Below, in pieces: positions 1-12,712 of a DNA stretch of 64,000 nucleotides (position 1 is its first letter; every line of letters begins with the position of its first letter). Location: assembly GCF_006345805.1 (NCBI RefSeq), contig NC_043008.1:78740001-78804000 (forward strand). The letters run 5' to 3'. The notes beneath the pieces are model-generated. The model made no database searches. It had not been told where the DNA came from and worked only from the letters and a program-made list of their open reading frames with translations. The stretch is from Octopus sinensis (taxonomy: Eukaryota). A program made the position numbers and the translations under genes.

Positions 1-770
1 TCAGCTTTAAATATCTGGCGGTGTGGGTTATGTGGGTTATATTGTTAATCAGGTGGTTCACAAAAGAGTCATAGCCAATGACTGGTGCAGCAGCACCATA
101 GTCAACTGCTACAAAAGTAGAGATGATCCTCTTGTTCATCATAGTCCTCCAGGCAATAACAGAAGAATTCAAGACAGGCTGCCCCTGAAGCTCCTCTATG
201 ATGATGACCTTGTTCTTATTGCTGAATCAAGTGACCAAGTTAGTAGTGGAGGTGGATGCTCCAAGAGTGTAACTGAGAATAAGATTAGGATGGGCAAAGT
301 TCAGAGAGAACCAACTCATGCTGGCAACAATGGGCCACACTCTCAGAGTGACAGGCAGATTGTATGATGCTTATGTGTGAACAACCATGCTGCATGGCAG
401 TGAAACATGGGCTGTGACTGCCAAGGATATGCATAGGCTTGAAAGAAATGAAGCCAATATGCTTCGCTGAATGTGCAATGTCAATGTGCATGTTTGACAG
501 AGTGTAAGCATCTTGAGAGAAAAGTTAGATATAAGGGGCATCAGATGGGGTGTGCAAGGGAAACGAATGAGCTGGTATGGTCAAATGATGCATCTAGATG
601 AGGACAGCTGTGTAAAGAAGTGCCAATCTTTAACTGTGAAGGGAATCTGTGGTAGAGGTAGACCCAGGAAGACATGGGACGCAGTGGTGAAGCATGAACT
701 TCAAACTTTGAGGCTTGCAGAGGTAATGACAAGTGACCAAGACCTTTGGTGATGTGTTGTGCTTGAGAGG
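1..770 (+). mobile_element. Degenerate RTE-clade LINE fragment (RT C-terminal region; called RTE-2 here)
   Basis: Broken frames give LLYDDDLVLIAES, a GSETW-type region and GRGRPRKTW. The same family recurs at 4410, 11090, 44850 and 48290. Confidence 0.8.
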
Positions 771-1250
771 ACCCGTCAAATCACGTGCACCTGTGCTGAT
801 GGCACATAAAGAACACCTTTCAAACGTTGGGCCTCACGGAAGCAAAGTGGCTCAGTTCCTTATGAAGTCAAAGTGGCTGAGCTCCTTTCAAGTGCTGGGC
901 CTCATGGAGGCAATGACTGAGACCTGTGGCATTATGTCATGCTTGAGAAGAAGACCCATCAAGCCAAGCAAAATCACAGTTGTGACAGATACCAGCATCA
1001 TGCAAATTAGTACCCATGCAAGTGGAACATAAAAGCACGCCGGTATCACGCAAATGGCATCCATGCCAGTGGTACGTAAAAGCACCCATTACACTCTCAG
1101 AGTGGTTGGCATTAGGAAGGGCATCAAGGCATAAAAAAATCATGCCAAATCAGACTGGAGTCTGGTGCAGCCTTCCAGCCCAGTCACACTGTCCAACCCA
1201 TGCCTGCATGGACAACCAACGTTAAATGATGATGATGATGATGATGATAT
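771..1250 (+). repeat. RTE-2 3' UTR or SINE-like tail ending in (GAT)n
   Basis: Contains ACACTCTCAGAGTGGTTGGCATTAGGAAGGGCATC...CCAACCCATGC...TTAAATGATGATGAT. Related tails occur near 29790, 37204 (-), 39460, 43730, 50410, 52990 and 63780 (-). Confidence 0.75.
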
Positions 1251-1345
1251 ATATATATATATATTATATATATATATATATACTTCGTTTTTGTGTCTGA
1301 TTTGCAAGATTCTTTATGTGAATTCATGTGTTGAAACAAATTTTA

Positions 1346-1850
1346 TTGTGTCTGGGGAGAGACATACTGTGTTCATATCTAACACACTCACCAGTTCAAT
1401 TTCCATACATTTATTATTTATATTTTTTCTTTTCCATAATTTTTGTTGCTTTTTCAACCTCGTCAATGGATGTTGACAGTCCATTACTAGAGTTGTGTTC
1501 CTTTTGTCGGTTTGTGAGCATGTGAGTGTGCCAGCATGCATGTGTACTTGTGTATGCATAAATGTATGTATGTGTGTGTATGCATATATGTAGGAATGCA
1601 TGTGTGTATGTATGTATGCATGTATGTATGTATGTATGTATGTATGTATGTGTGTATGCATGCATGTATGTATGTATTGTACATATTCAAAAGGAATGCA
1701 GCTCTGATAACAGACAGAGCCAACATTCATTGACAAGGCTGCAAAAGCAACGACAATTTTGGAAAAGGAAAAATAGAGATAATAAATGGGTGGAAATTGA
1801 ACTGGTGAGTGTATTAGATATTAAGGCAGTGTGACTCTCCCCAGACACAA
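1346..1850. repeat. MITE-like element with ~130-bp imperfect inverted repeats around a (TATG)n core
   Basis: 1346-1476 (GTGTCTGGGGAGAG...CACTCACCAGTTCAATTTCCA) is the reverse complement of 1721-1850 (TGGAAATTGAACTGGTGAGTG...CTCTCCCCAGACAC). Confidence 0.65.
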
Positions 1851-1891
1851 CAATATGTGTGTGTGTGTGTGTGTGTGGTGTGTGTGCGTGC

Positions 1892-1924
<33 letters not shown>

Positions 1925-2500
1925 CATACATACACACATACATACATACAAAAAGGTAAAAAGTAATATTTTTTATATTTCCAGTTTGTGTCACATATCT
2001 TTTTCTTCCTTTCCTGTTTTGAATATGAAACTATATTTTGATGAAACTGAATTTTTCATTTATCCCTTATGTAAAACAATGTGACATGTACTAATAATCA
2101 ACATCAACAATAACTGCAAGCTGGTTGTTCATAATATTGCTGTTTAGTTCCAAGCTCTGTCTGGTTCAGAGGTTTTCCAGTTGTGACCATCCCACCTTTT
2201 TAAGACTGCATGGTGTGATTTAAGTGTAGTTTGGCTGCTACTTCATGTAGATAAATTGATTACAAACAAACCCCCTTGTGATTTGGTAAGTTGTTGGAAG
2301 TTTAAAGTAGTACAAAGATATTAAATAGCTACAACTAAATATGCATTTAGCCCATACATTATTGCAATGGAAGACCTTCATTGATTTTCCCTGATCTGAG
2401 ATACCTACAAGACTACTCCTATTACATCTAATGGATGAGAAAAGTAAGGATTGTGATTTTTAGGCTTTTGTAATAATAATAGCATGTGAGTACATTAGTA

Positions 2501-3688
2501 TTGGGTTTGCAACTAAGTTCCCACCGTTTTCAAAATTTAAATTTTTTAAAAGGGTTAATAAAAAATAACAACTAATTAATCAATAATGTATTCACCCTTG
2601 TTGTTTACAACTTCTCCTCAATGTTTAACAAGATTTTCAATACCATGTTGGTAGAAATCACCTGATTTCAACTTGAAAAATTGGGAAGCTCTCAATTCTG
2701 CATCAGTATTGAATGAAACTCCGCACATAGCATTTGAAAGAGATCGAAAGAGATGGGAATCCATTGGTACCAAATCAGGAGAGTATGGCGGATGTGGCAG
2801 CACTTTCCAGCCATGCGTTTGAATGGCTTCCTTGGTCATATTGGCGATGTGAGGTGGGAGGGGCCTTGTCATGCAGCAGAAGAACTCCATGCTGCCGATT
2901 AAGTCTATTCTCTTGAATAGCCATGTTGAGTCATTCCATCTGTTGAACATAGAGTTCCGCATTGACCATTTAGTTCCGTTCAAGCAATTCGTAATGGATA
3001 ATCCCTTTCCAGTCCTGCCATATGCACAACATCGTCTTACGCAGTGTCACTTGTTTACCAGGGCTAAGCCATTCCTTACTCTGCTTCATATTGATGTACA
3101 GGTACCATTTTTCATCGCCAGTAACGATTCGGTAAAGAAATTGTTGCTTGTGTCCATGAGTTGAGCAGTGATGAGCAAGCAAACCAGCGTAGATTGTGGC
3201 GCACTGATTTTTGTTGTTGTCACTTAAAGTATGCAGAACCCATGCTCCACACTTCTGAACCTTTCCCATCAAGTGAAGATACTTCTCTACAGCAGTGTGG
3301 GAGCATTCCATTTTCTTTGCCAGTTCCCTTGTCGTTTGACAAGGATTTTCATGCAAAAGTTGGTTTAATTGCTCTTCATCGAACTCAACTGGACGGCCAG
3401 GACTAGGTGCATTTTTGAGGTCAAAATTTTAATTTTTGAACTTAGCATACCAATCATGAGCGGTTCTTTCAGCTATGGCACCCTCTCCATACACAGTACA
3501 AATGTCATGAGCACCTTTTGCAGCCTTAGAACCTTGATTAAAAGCAAAAAAGGTGTTGAAAATGCTCATTTTTCTGAAAGTAAACAAAAATTAACTAATA
3601 TTAACTAGAAAAAAAAAGATTCCAAAATTTAAAAGCGCAATAAATCCCAAAATTAAAAAAAATGACGGGAACTTAGTTGCCAACCCAA
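2501..3688 (-). mobile_element. Mariner transposon with a disrupted transposase
   Basis: TIRs TTGGGTT(T/G)GCAACTAAGTTCCC with TA on both flanks. ORF pieces contain WVLHTLS, IVTGDEKW and PPYSPDLVPMDSHLF. Confidence 0.93.
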
Positions 3689-3754
3689 TACATTCAGATG
3701 ACAGTACTGTTAAAGTGTCACAGATATTCATTCTATATGTACAAAATATCTTAC

Positions 3755-3858
3755 CTTTATAGGATCTGAATTTAAGGATTCAGCTTCTGTTAAGAAGTTT
3801 CTCTTAGTCTGTTCTGACCACCAGTTTTTCATATTACCATTATCATCAAACTGTGATC
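3755..3858 (-). CDS. Neprilysin-like (M13) gene, exon g (last one found): (G)SQFDDNGNMKNWWSEQTKRNFLTEAESLNSDPIK
   Basis: Flanked by tttaaag and gtaag; phase 1 to 0. Matches the M13 segment G-x-QFDxxGNxxxWW that follows the zinc motif. Confidence 0.88.
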
Positions 3859-4409
3859 CTTTAAAGACATATCACAGAAAGCATCTTCATAAATATTTAT
3901 CTCAGGAAACTGGGAATATTCTTTTGAAAATTTGAAAGTACTGACATTCCCACTGATTACTGAAATTGGGCCACTGCATGGGTCACTTAACACAGATCTC
4001 TTATATAGCAAGACATGTATGTATTTACTTGCAAAGCAAAAGGAAATTTTTGTAAAAAATTTATAGATTTTATAGATATATGGCTCCAGGTTTGTAAACT
4101 CAGCAAGAATTCTAACTGCAAATCAAACTGAAAATATGATTCAATGAGACTGTGATGTCCATTTTCAAATGAATTTACTATAAACATTTTTATTTTCATG
4201 TAGTGTATCTAAGTAAACCAGTATGGTGGTATCTATGATGTAAGCATCATAAAATATAGATAAGAACATGGTGAACCATAACCAGATTGTAACCATATCA
4301 CCTCCTATGTGCTCTTTGAAAAAGACATGAATTTCTCTCACCCCTAAAAATATGATGCTTTTTAAAGACAACATTACAGACTGTTAGCATGATTTAATGG
4401 GAAAACTGG

Positions 4410-5400
4410 CTATCCATAGGAGCTCCTGTATGCTGGTGATTTCATCCTCATAGCTGAGTTTACAGTGTAAAACCTAGAAGGTAAATTTAGCAAAGACTGT
4501 AGTTTTAGCAAGCTGGAAAGAAAACTGAAGCCTGGTATTTTAGGGAAATGGTCATGCTCAATATGCAAAAAAGGAGTAAGTATAAACTCCATATGTTGTA
4601 TTCAATGCAAGTTATGGACACATAAGAGGTTTAGTAGAATCACAGGCAGATTAACAAAGAAAATGAGCTTTATGTATGACAGACACACTGTATTCACTAT
4701 GAAAATTTGGAAAATAGGTTTTCTTAAATGTTTGGCTGGCTCATTAGGAGTTATTAATAGTTTTCGTTACTTAGGGGACATTATTAGCAGGGGAGGTGGT
4801 TGTTCTGAAAGACTAATTGCCAAGGTAAAAACAAAATGCAGAAAGTTCAGAGACCTCCTACCAGAGACCTGGTAACAAAAGTCTTTTCTCTCAAATGCTT
4901 ATGTTAGAACTATAATATTGCTTGGTAAGTGATGCATGAGCTTTCAATTCAGGTAATTTGAGAAAACTAGAAAGAAATGAAGCTAGTATGCTCTGTTGGA
5001 TGTAAAATGTAAGTATGTATGAACAACAAAGTGCAAATATGTTGAGAGAAAAATTGAGCGTAAGATGAAAGAGATATAGTGTGCAAGAAATGTAGTGTGC
5101 AAGACTGTCTCTCCCTCTTCCACAAGTTCCATCCATATTATCTGATTGGTACTTCTTTATGCATCTGCCCTCATCCATATGCATTATGTGTCAATACACA
5201 TAATGCATATGGATGAGGGCAGATGCATAAAGAAGTACCAATCAGATAATATGGATGGAACTTGTGGAAGAGGGAGAGCCAGAAAGACATGGGACATAGT
5301 TGTGAAGGCTGAACTCAGGACCTTGAACTTCAAAGAGGAGATAACAAAAGACTAGGGTGACTGCTAATATGTGTTGCTTGAGGAGATCTTGGTGAAACTG
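4410..5400 (+). mobile_element. Degenerate RTE-2 LINE fragment
   Basis: Broken frames give ELLYAGDFILIAE, FRYLGDIISRGGGCSE and GRGRARKTW. Confidence 0.75.
5109..5278. repeat. Perfect 83-bp inverted repeat with a 4-nt loop (CAAT)
   Basis: 5109-5191 is the reverse complement of 5196-5278. The ORF track shows the same peptide on both strands. Confidence 0.9.
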
Positions 5401-5415
5401 AGACTCTGAAAGCAT

Positions 5416-5452
<37 letters not shown>

Positions 5453-5454
<2 letters not shown>

Positions 5455-5645
5455 GGAGAATTCACAAAAAAAAAACAAAAGATGAAGACAAGTGGTGTAG
5501 ACAACAAACAGATGTATTAGTATAATGCTTGGGAATTGAAAAAGTTTTTAACGTTTTGAGCCTACGCTCTTCCAAAGAAAGGAACACAGAAAGAAACAAG
5601 GAGAAAAAATAAAGAATGTGTAGTAGCTAGTGATCTATCATAGAG
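5453..5645 (-). repeat. Dispersed repeat with a degenerate hammerhead-like motif, possibly Penelope pLTR-derived
   Basis: Homologous to 30828-31010. The minus strand contains a GAGC-GTAG-GCTC hairpin followed by AAAACGTT. Confidence 0.5.
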
Positions 5646-6020
5646 AATGCCAATTCAGGCGAATCAGGTGCTTAAATTGAAATGTATATACAGCAACTAT
5701 AGATGAATACAAACATTGATACCAAAGTACAGGAAGAAAGATATTCAGGTTATGTATACAATTAATTGGACCCAACTGAGTATATCATCGACCATTGGGC
5801 AAATTAAGAAACACACATTGTATTAAATATATGGTCCATAATATGCTTCAGAAGATGTGAGAAGACAGGTGAATCATAAATAAATAAATAAATAACAAAC
5901 AATGGATAGGTATCAATTCATTACAGCTGTTTCCTACAGATCTTTTAAGTGATCAATGAGTACATTATATCATTATAAAAAACTGTTTTCATCAGATGAC
6001 TACATGAACTATACTGTTAA

Positions 6021-6424
6021 GGATTGCCTGTGTGGTAAGTAGCTTGCTAACCAACCACATATGGTTCCGGGTTCAGTCCCACTGCGTGGCATCTTGGGCA
6101 AGTGTCTTCTGCTATAGCCCCGGGCCGACCAATGTCTTGTGAGTGGATTTGGTAGACAGAAACTGAAAGAAGCCCGTCGTATATATGTATATATATATAT
6201 ATATATGTGTGTGTGTCTGTGTTTGTCCCCCTAGCATTGCTTGACAACCGATGCTGGTGTGTTTATGTCCCCGTTACTTAGCGGTTCGGCAAAAGAGACC
6301 GATAGAATAAGTACTGGGCTTACAAAAGAATAAGTCCCGAGGTCGAGTTGCTCGATTAAAGGTGGTGCTCCAGCATGGCCGCAGTCAAATGACTGAAACA
6401 AGTAAAAGAGTAAAGAGTAAGAGT
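6021..6424 (+). mobile_element. tRNA-derived SINE with a central (TA)/(TG) microsatellite
   Basis: Pol III-like head (TGTGTGGTAAG...GGTTCAGTCCC) and a tail ending in (AAGAGTA)n. Other copies lie at 34045, 62610 (-) and 30600-31678 (-). Confidence 0.85.
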
Positions 6425-6540
6425 ATGTACATATTCTGTGATTCCATGATCATCACTGGTCACAATGATTTTGCCAAATCAAAACAAAACAAATTAAGAA
6501 GTGCTTTTATATATGTGTAAAGGGTGTATTTAAGATTTAT

Positions 6541-9500
6541 CACTCGGTCCGTAGCTTAGAAATACTGGTTGACGTCCAGCGGGAACAGCTTTGTTTCATG
6601 GAGGAGGAAAGATCTTTTTTAGTACTTGGTTGTACATTGCTTTCCAATGTGTGTAGTAGTGGTGCGCGCACACATTATTAGCCATTTGAAAAGACTATGG
6701 AATTTACAATTAACTGCACCAGGGTTCCTCTTCCCCAGGGAACCAGACCTAATGGTATACCTGCGGATGTAGGTCCAGCCCCTGCTTTGCCGGGTCCTGT
6801 CTCTGATCATGTTGCACCTCCAAGGGCATCCATTGACGGTGATGCCCTCAATCTTAACAGACGGGTATCACCTGATGGAGAAGAGTCAGCTCCCAACCAA
6901 ACAACACCAAACAAACACCTCATCAGCTGTAAAAATCATACGATACTCAGCACCCTCAATGCCCGCGCCCTCAGCTCTCTTGGCCGTCTAGAAGAACTTG
7001 GTGCAAATGCAGAATCACATGGCATTGATATAATAGCTGTCCAAGAACACCGATTTTACCACCCTGACAACATCCTCAAATACCATCAAGTCGGTTCTTA
7101 TCAACTTGTAATCTCCTTAGCATCAAAGAATACTGTTAATTCAACAGTTGGAGGTATCGGATTTCTACTTTCATCAAAAGCTAGTGATACTCTCTTGAGT
7201 ATAGAGTCAATCTCACCTAGAATTATGGTGCTTGAGATAGATGGAAACCCCAAAACAACATTGGTATGTGTGTATAGCCCACATAATTCGTCTGTGGCAG
7301 ACGAAATTGAAAATTTTTATACAACCCTTCGTTCAACCATTGAGCAAGTACCTCTCCATAATTTTCTAGTTATAGCTGGTGATCTGAATGCTAGACTAGG
7401 ACCCGATGAGACCAAGTTTACTTTCAACTCTAAAACTAATCGGAACAGAGAAATGCTCAAAGACTTCTTGGAGGAATTTAATCTCTACACCTCCAACAAT
7501 TCTTTTATGAAACCAAAACGTCAACTTTGGACATTTGAGTCCCCACTTGGTGATAGGGCACAAATTGACTACCACATCTTTCAAAAGAAATGGCGCAATA
7601 GTGTTAAAGACTCGAGATCCTACTCTTCCTTTAGTTCTGTCGGCTCTGACCACAGAATTGTATCAGCTACCGTTAAGCTTAGTCTTCGCTCATCCAAAAA
7701 AACTAAGCCTCACCCGATCAAAATGATCGACTGGGAGGAAGTCTTATCTAACCCCGATATGTCCAAACAATTTACTATTGAGGTCTATAACACATTTCAA
7801 TCTCTGTCTACTTCTGAAATAGATGCTGAGAACATTGAAGAAGTATACAGCAGCCTCATCAAATCAACAGAGGAAGTTGCACTGGCTACTCTTCCCAAAA
7901 AGAAGAGTAGGGGCCAGAGCAAACCTTCTAATTCCCCAAATGTCATCGAAGCCAGAAACCATATAAAGTCTATATCATTAGCTTACCACCGTTCTCCATC
8001 CCAGTCACTGAAGATCCAACTCATAGCTGCCAGGAGGAATCTTGATGAGGCTTACTTGAACGCCGAGGTCGAATTTATCAATGGCAAAATTAGTAAACTA
8101 TCGAAAGAGCACATTAGTAAAAAACACCATCTCGCCTGGAAATCCATCAAAGACCTATCAGGCAAAAATTCTGGGTCATCAATTAGAATTAAAGGGGGAT
8201 CAGCTAAGAAGCGTTTAGAAAATTGGTCAACCCATTTTAAAAACCTCCTTGAGAAGAATACCAAAATCCCTGATAACCCCACTCTTCCAAGTGTGCCTAT
8301 ATCAGACATGCTGGACATCAACACCTCCCCTTTTACCATATTTGAACTAACAGCAGCCACCAAGCAACTAAAAGCCTCGAAAGCATTTGGTCCCGACAAC
8401 ATCCCAGCTGTAATTTGGAAGGATGATAAATTTCACACACTTTTGCTCAACCTCTGCAACCACACACTTTCCACCTTTGTCGCTCCAAAGATTTGGCACC
8501 AATCTCAAATCATTCCAATACCCAAAAAAGGCGATTTATCCCTCGTCACCAACTATAGGGGTATATCTCTAATGTCAATTGCTGCAAAACTGTACAACAA
8601 ACTGATCCTAAATCGTCTTGTCCTTTTTGTTGAACCTTTGCTCCGAAAGAACCAAAATGGATTCAGACATGGGTGCTCAACGCTGAGCCAGATACTATGC
8701 CTGCGCAGACTTATTGAAGAATCAAAAGCATTTAATCGCGATCTTGCAATGGTATTTGTAGACTTTTCTAAAGCGTTCGACTCTGTAGATAGGTACAAGA
8801 TGTTTGAAATCCTTAAGCTCTATGGGATACCAGACAAAATTATTTCTGCCATCAAGGTCCTCTACACAGATACGTCTCCAACCATCTTAACCCCTGATGG
8901 AGAAACATCATCTTTCTCAATCAAAGCCGGAATACTGCAGGGAGACACACTCGCCCCATTTCTTTTCATCATTGTTGTTGATTATGTGCTATGTATGTCA
9001 GTTGATACCATCTCTGGCAAGGGCTTTGAAATAAAACCAAGAAGAAGTTCCAGACACCCAGCTGAGTACTTGACAGACACTGACTTTGCTGACGACATCG
9101 CTCTTATCAGTGATTCTCTCTCCAATGCCCAGTCTCTTTTACAATCTCTTGAACAAGCCTCAAATTGTGTAGGTCTTTACCTCAATGAGGCCAAAACTGA
9201 ATACATAAACAAGTGCCTGTCCAACAGTGATTGCATCATCCATACTCTCAACAGTGCGCCTTTAAATATGGTTTCTGATTATAAATATCTTGGGTCATAC
9301 ATATCATCATCTGGAAAAGACTTTCTAACTAGAAAGGGTATGGCCTGGTCAGCCTGTAATGACATGCATAAGATCTGGTCATCAAATCTAAGTAGAGACT
9401 TCAAACTTGAAATATTCAAAGCCACAGTCGAACCAATTCTACTATATGGCTACTATAAGAAGCTTGAGAGGCGGTTGGATGGAACCTACACTCGCCTCCT

Positions 9501-9828
9501 TATGAGAGCTCAAAATCTCTCGTGGAAGCGCCATCCAACCAAAATGCAAATATATGGGAAACTACCACCTGTGTCATCTCTTGTGAAAGGTAGGAGAGTC
9601 CAGTTTGCTGGACATTGTTGTAGAGCTGAAAAAGAAGTAATTTCTACTCTTCTCCTCTGGAAGCCATCTACTCGCAATACCAGAGGACGCACACTCTCCT
9701 ATCCTGATGTAATCTCCAGGGATACAGGCATCCAGCAACAGGACCTCCATAATGCTATGATGGACCGTGAAGTCTGGCGTAACATAGTAAATTCCATTGT
9801 CTCGACCACGGTCGAACAATGATGATGA
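6541..9828 (+). mobile_element. Full-length RTE-like LINE
   Basis: 10-bp TSD TAAGATTTAT at 6531-6540 and 9829-9838, a 156-bp 5' UTR, a single ORF and a short (GAT)n tail. Confidence 0.93.
6697..9822 (+). CDS. APE endonuclease-reverse transcriptase, 1041 aa
   Basis: APE motifs: AVQEH, VYSPH, GDLNA, SDH. RT motifs: YRGISL, QNGFR, FVDFSKAFDSV, GILQGDTLAPFLF, FADD, YKYLGS. Confidence 0.96.
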   Translation: MEFTINCTRVPLPQGTRPNGIPADVGPAPALPGPVSDHVAPPRASIDGDALNLNRRVSPDGEESAPNQTTPNKHLISCKNHTILSTLNARALSSLGRLEELGANAESHGIDIIAVQEHRFYHPDNILKYHQVGSYQLVISLASKNTVNSTVGGIGFLLSSKASDTLLSIESISPRIMVLEIDGNPKTTLVCVYSPHNSSVADEIENFYTTLRSTIEQVPLHNFLVIAGDLNARLGPDETKFTFNSKTNRNREMLKDFLEEFNLYTSNNSFMKPKRQLWTFESPLGDRAQIDYHIFQKKWRNSVKDSRSYSSFSSVGSDHRIVSATVKLSLRSSKKTKPHPIKMIDWEEVLSNPDMSKQFTIEVYNTFQSLSTSEIDAENIEEVYSSLIKSTEEVALATLPKKKSRGQSKPSNSPNVIEARNHIKSISLAYHRSPSQSLKIQLIAARRNLDEAYLNAEVEFINGKISKLSKEHISKKHHLAWKSIKDLSGKNSGSSIRIKGGSAKKRLENWSTHFKNLLEKNTKIPDNPTLPSVPISDMLDINTSPFTIFELTAATKQLKASKAFGPDNIPAVIWKDDKFHTLLLNLCNHTLSTFVAPKIWHQSQIIPIPKKGDLSLVTNYRGISLMSIAAKLYNKLILNRLVLFVEPLLRKNQNGFRHGCSTLSQILCLRRLIEESKAFNRDLAMVFVDFSKAFDSVDRYKMFEILKLYGIPDKIISAIKVLYTDTSPTILTPDGETSSFSIKAGILQGDTLAPFLFIIVVDYVLCMSVDTISGKGFEIKPRRSSRHPAEYLTDTDFADDIALISDSLSNAQSLLQSLEQASNCVGLYLNEAKTEYINKCLSNSDCIIHTLNSAPLNMVSDYKYLGSYISSSGKDFLTRKGMAWSACNDMHKIWSSNLSRDFKLEIFKATVEPILLYGYYKKLERRLDGTYTRLLMRAQNLSWKRHPTKMQIYGKLPPVSSLVKGRRVQFAGHCCRAEKEVISTLLLWKPSTRNTRGRTLSYPDVISRDTGIQQQDLHNAMMDREVWRNIVNSIVSTTVEQ

Positions 9829-10999
9829 TAAGATTTATAGTCTTGGAGAGGTAGGGGGACAGACAGCCGAACATCTCCTCTCCACAATTAAGAAAGAGAT
9901 AATTCTGCTTATTCAACTAGACATATAGGGTTAAAGGAAAAAATAAAGACTAGAATTCTACTATAGGGTGGAAAGGGAGAAATAAGGATGATATTCATCA
10001 TGTTAATAGTTAAATAAAAAAAGTATACAATTAATAGCATACCATAACACCATTATATGAAAGCAAAGGGATAATAGTAAGAGAGAGATTATAATAGATG
10101 GAAATTAAAGGGGAAATGAGAGGTTACAATAAAAAGAGTGGGGATCATCATGAAGGAATTTGGATACTAATAAAAATGGAACTGGCAAAAATTTAATATA
10201 AATCAGAAAAAATATAATATAATAATAATAAATATCATATAGTAATTATAGAAATAATTTTTAAAAATTGAAAAATGGTTAGAAATATTACAATGTAAGT
10301 AAGATAAAAGAAATAATGCAATATAACAGGATACAGTATAATAACAAGTAAAGGGTATATTTAGAGCATAAGAATAATGATAATAAAATAATCGTAGAAT
10401 GGTAGGATAATATAATACACAAATCCCATAGATAAGTAAAATACGAAAAATTAATTTTTTATTATAGATTCTAAATAGTTAGACATAGAGGAAACTGCAT
10501 ACTGTATATAGGAAAAAAGTGTATTTAAAAATATGATTATAAATGTACATATTAATTTTAGTAAGAGGCAACAAAATAAGCATTATTATTATCATTCAAC
10601 AATAATATTAAAGATATATTTCAAGAGAGATTACAAAGTTTCATAGTACATGAAGCAAAGAGAAGACAAACCATATATAAACTGTGATACCTAAACCAAA
10701 CACCTATCATCTGAAGTAATACAGTTTGCAAAACTCAACATACTTGAGACTATACAAATGTATTTAAGACAAACATTTTTGCCATCTTACTACAGTTGTA
10801 AATTGTAAAACATAACTATCAACACTACTATGTGAGCCAGAAGATTACATAGTTTAATGCATGAAACATCTAGTTCAATCAGAATGGACATTTAATATTC
10901 TATCATTTCATTATATTATATTATCTTCTATTATATTATTATGAGATTGTAAATAAAACATGAAAACCAGACAAAGTTGGAATTTCACTGAGTACATAT

Positions 11000-11032
<33 letters not shown>

Positions 11033-11089
11033 GTGATATGTCAGTAAGGTGTATGTCAGTAATGTCAGTATACAGGATGCATGCTGTCA

Positions 11090-12712
11090 GTAAGATGAGG
11101 GTTGGCAACAAGTATATTGAAGTATTCCGGGCAGAAGTTGGGGTTCACCAAGGATCAGTCTCAGACCCTTCTTATTCATTATAGTCCTCCAGGCAATAAC
11201 AGAGGAATTCAAGACAGGCTGCCCCTGGGAGCCCCTCTATGCTGATGACCTTGCTCTAATAGCCGAGTCACTGCCACAACTAGAGATGAAGTTTAGAGTG
11301 TGGAAGCAAGGTCTAGAATTGAAGGGCCTTAGGGTTAACCTAGCAAAAACCAAAGTCTTAGTAAGTAGAAAGGCTGACAAATCACAAACCCCTTCAGGTA
11401 GAAGGCCCTGCTCAATCTGTAGAAAAGGCATGTGTAAAAACTCCATATGATGAACCCGGTGTAAGCTATGGACACATAAAAGGTGCAGCAATATCAAAGG
11501 AAGGTTAACTGGAAAGATAATTTTTATGTGTGGCGGAGGCACTGGGGCAATAAACATTGAAGATGTGCAGAAAACAGATTCCATCACATGCCAGAGGGAA
11601 GAACTAGAAGTAGTTGATAACTTTTGCTATCTAGGCGACCAAGTCTGTAGTGGGGGGGGGGGGGGTTTGCTCTGAAAGTGTAGCTGCTAGAATAAGAATA
11701 ATCTGAGCAAAGTTCAAAGAGCTCCTACCTCTGCTGGCAACTAAGGGCCTCTTGCTTAGGATGACAGGTAGACTGTATGATGCATGTGTGCAAACTGCCA
11801 TGCTACACGACTGTGAAACATAGGCAATAACTGCTAAGGACATGCATAGTCTTGAAAGAAATGAAGCTTGTATGATCCACTGGATGTGTAATGTCAGTGT
11901 GCATACACAACAGAGTGTGAGCACCCTGAGAGAAAAGTTTGACACTAGAAGCATCAAATGTGGCATGCAAGAGAAATGACTGCACTGGTATGGTCATGTG
12001 TTATGTATGGATGAGGACAGCTGTTGAGAAAGTGCTACACCCTAAATGTGGAAGAAACCTTTGGAAGAGGTAGACCCAGGAAGACATGCGATGAGGCGGT
12101 GAAGCAGGACCTTCAAATGTTGGGCCTCACAGAGGCAATGACAGGAGACTGTGATTAAGAAGACCCGGCAACTAAAGTGAGATTGCAGCCATGGCCGATG
12201 CCAGTGTTGTGTGTCCGGCCTATTTAAAAGTACCCTTGATGCATCGGACGATATGATATGCTTGAGAAGACATGTTGAGTTAAGTAAAACCAAAATCGTA
12301 GCTGTGGCTATTGCCCCTTGACTGGCTCCCGTTCCAGTGGCACATAAAATACATCATCTGAACATGGTCAATCCCAGTGCCCCCTGACTGGCCCCTGTGT
12401 CAGTGGCACATAAAAAGCACCATCCGAATGTAGTTGATGCCAAGTCCACCTGACTGGCTCCTGTACTGGTCGCACGTAAAAAGCACCATCTGAATGTGGC
12501 CGATGCCAGTGCTCCTTGACTGGCTCCTGGCTCCTGTACTGGTGACACATAAAATGCACTATCTAAATGTGATCGATGCCAGGACTGCCTGACTGGCCCT
12601 TGTGCTGGTGGCACATAAAAAGCACCATCCAAATGTAGCCGATGTCAATGACCTCTGACTGGCTCCCATACCAGTAGCATGGAAAATGAACTTTAAACAA
12701 TGATGATGATGA
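11090..12712 (+). mobile_element. 5'-truncated degenerate RTE-2 LINE with a ~60-bp minisatellite in the 3' UTR and a (GAT)n tail
   Basis: Frames give GVHQGS, LYADDLALIAES and GRGRPRKT. About six units with core GTGGCACATAAAA.GCACCATC lie at ~12310-12680. Confidence 0.82.
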
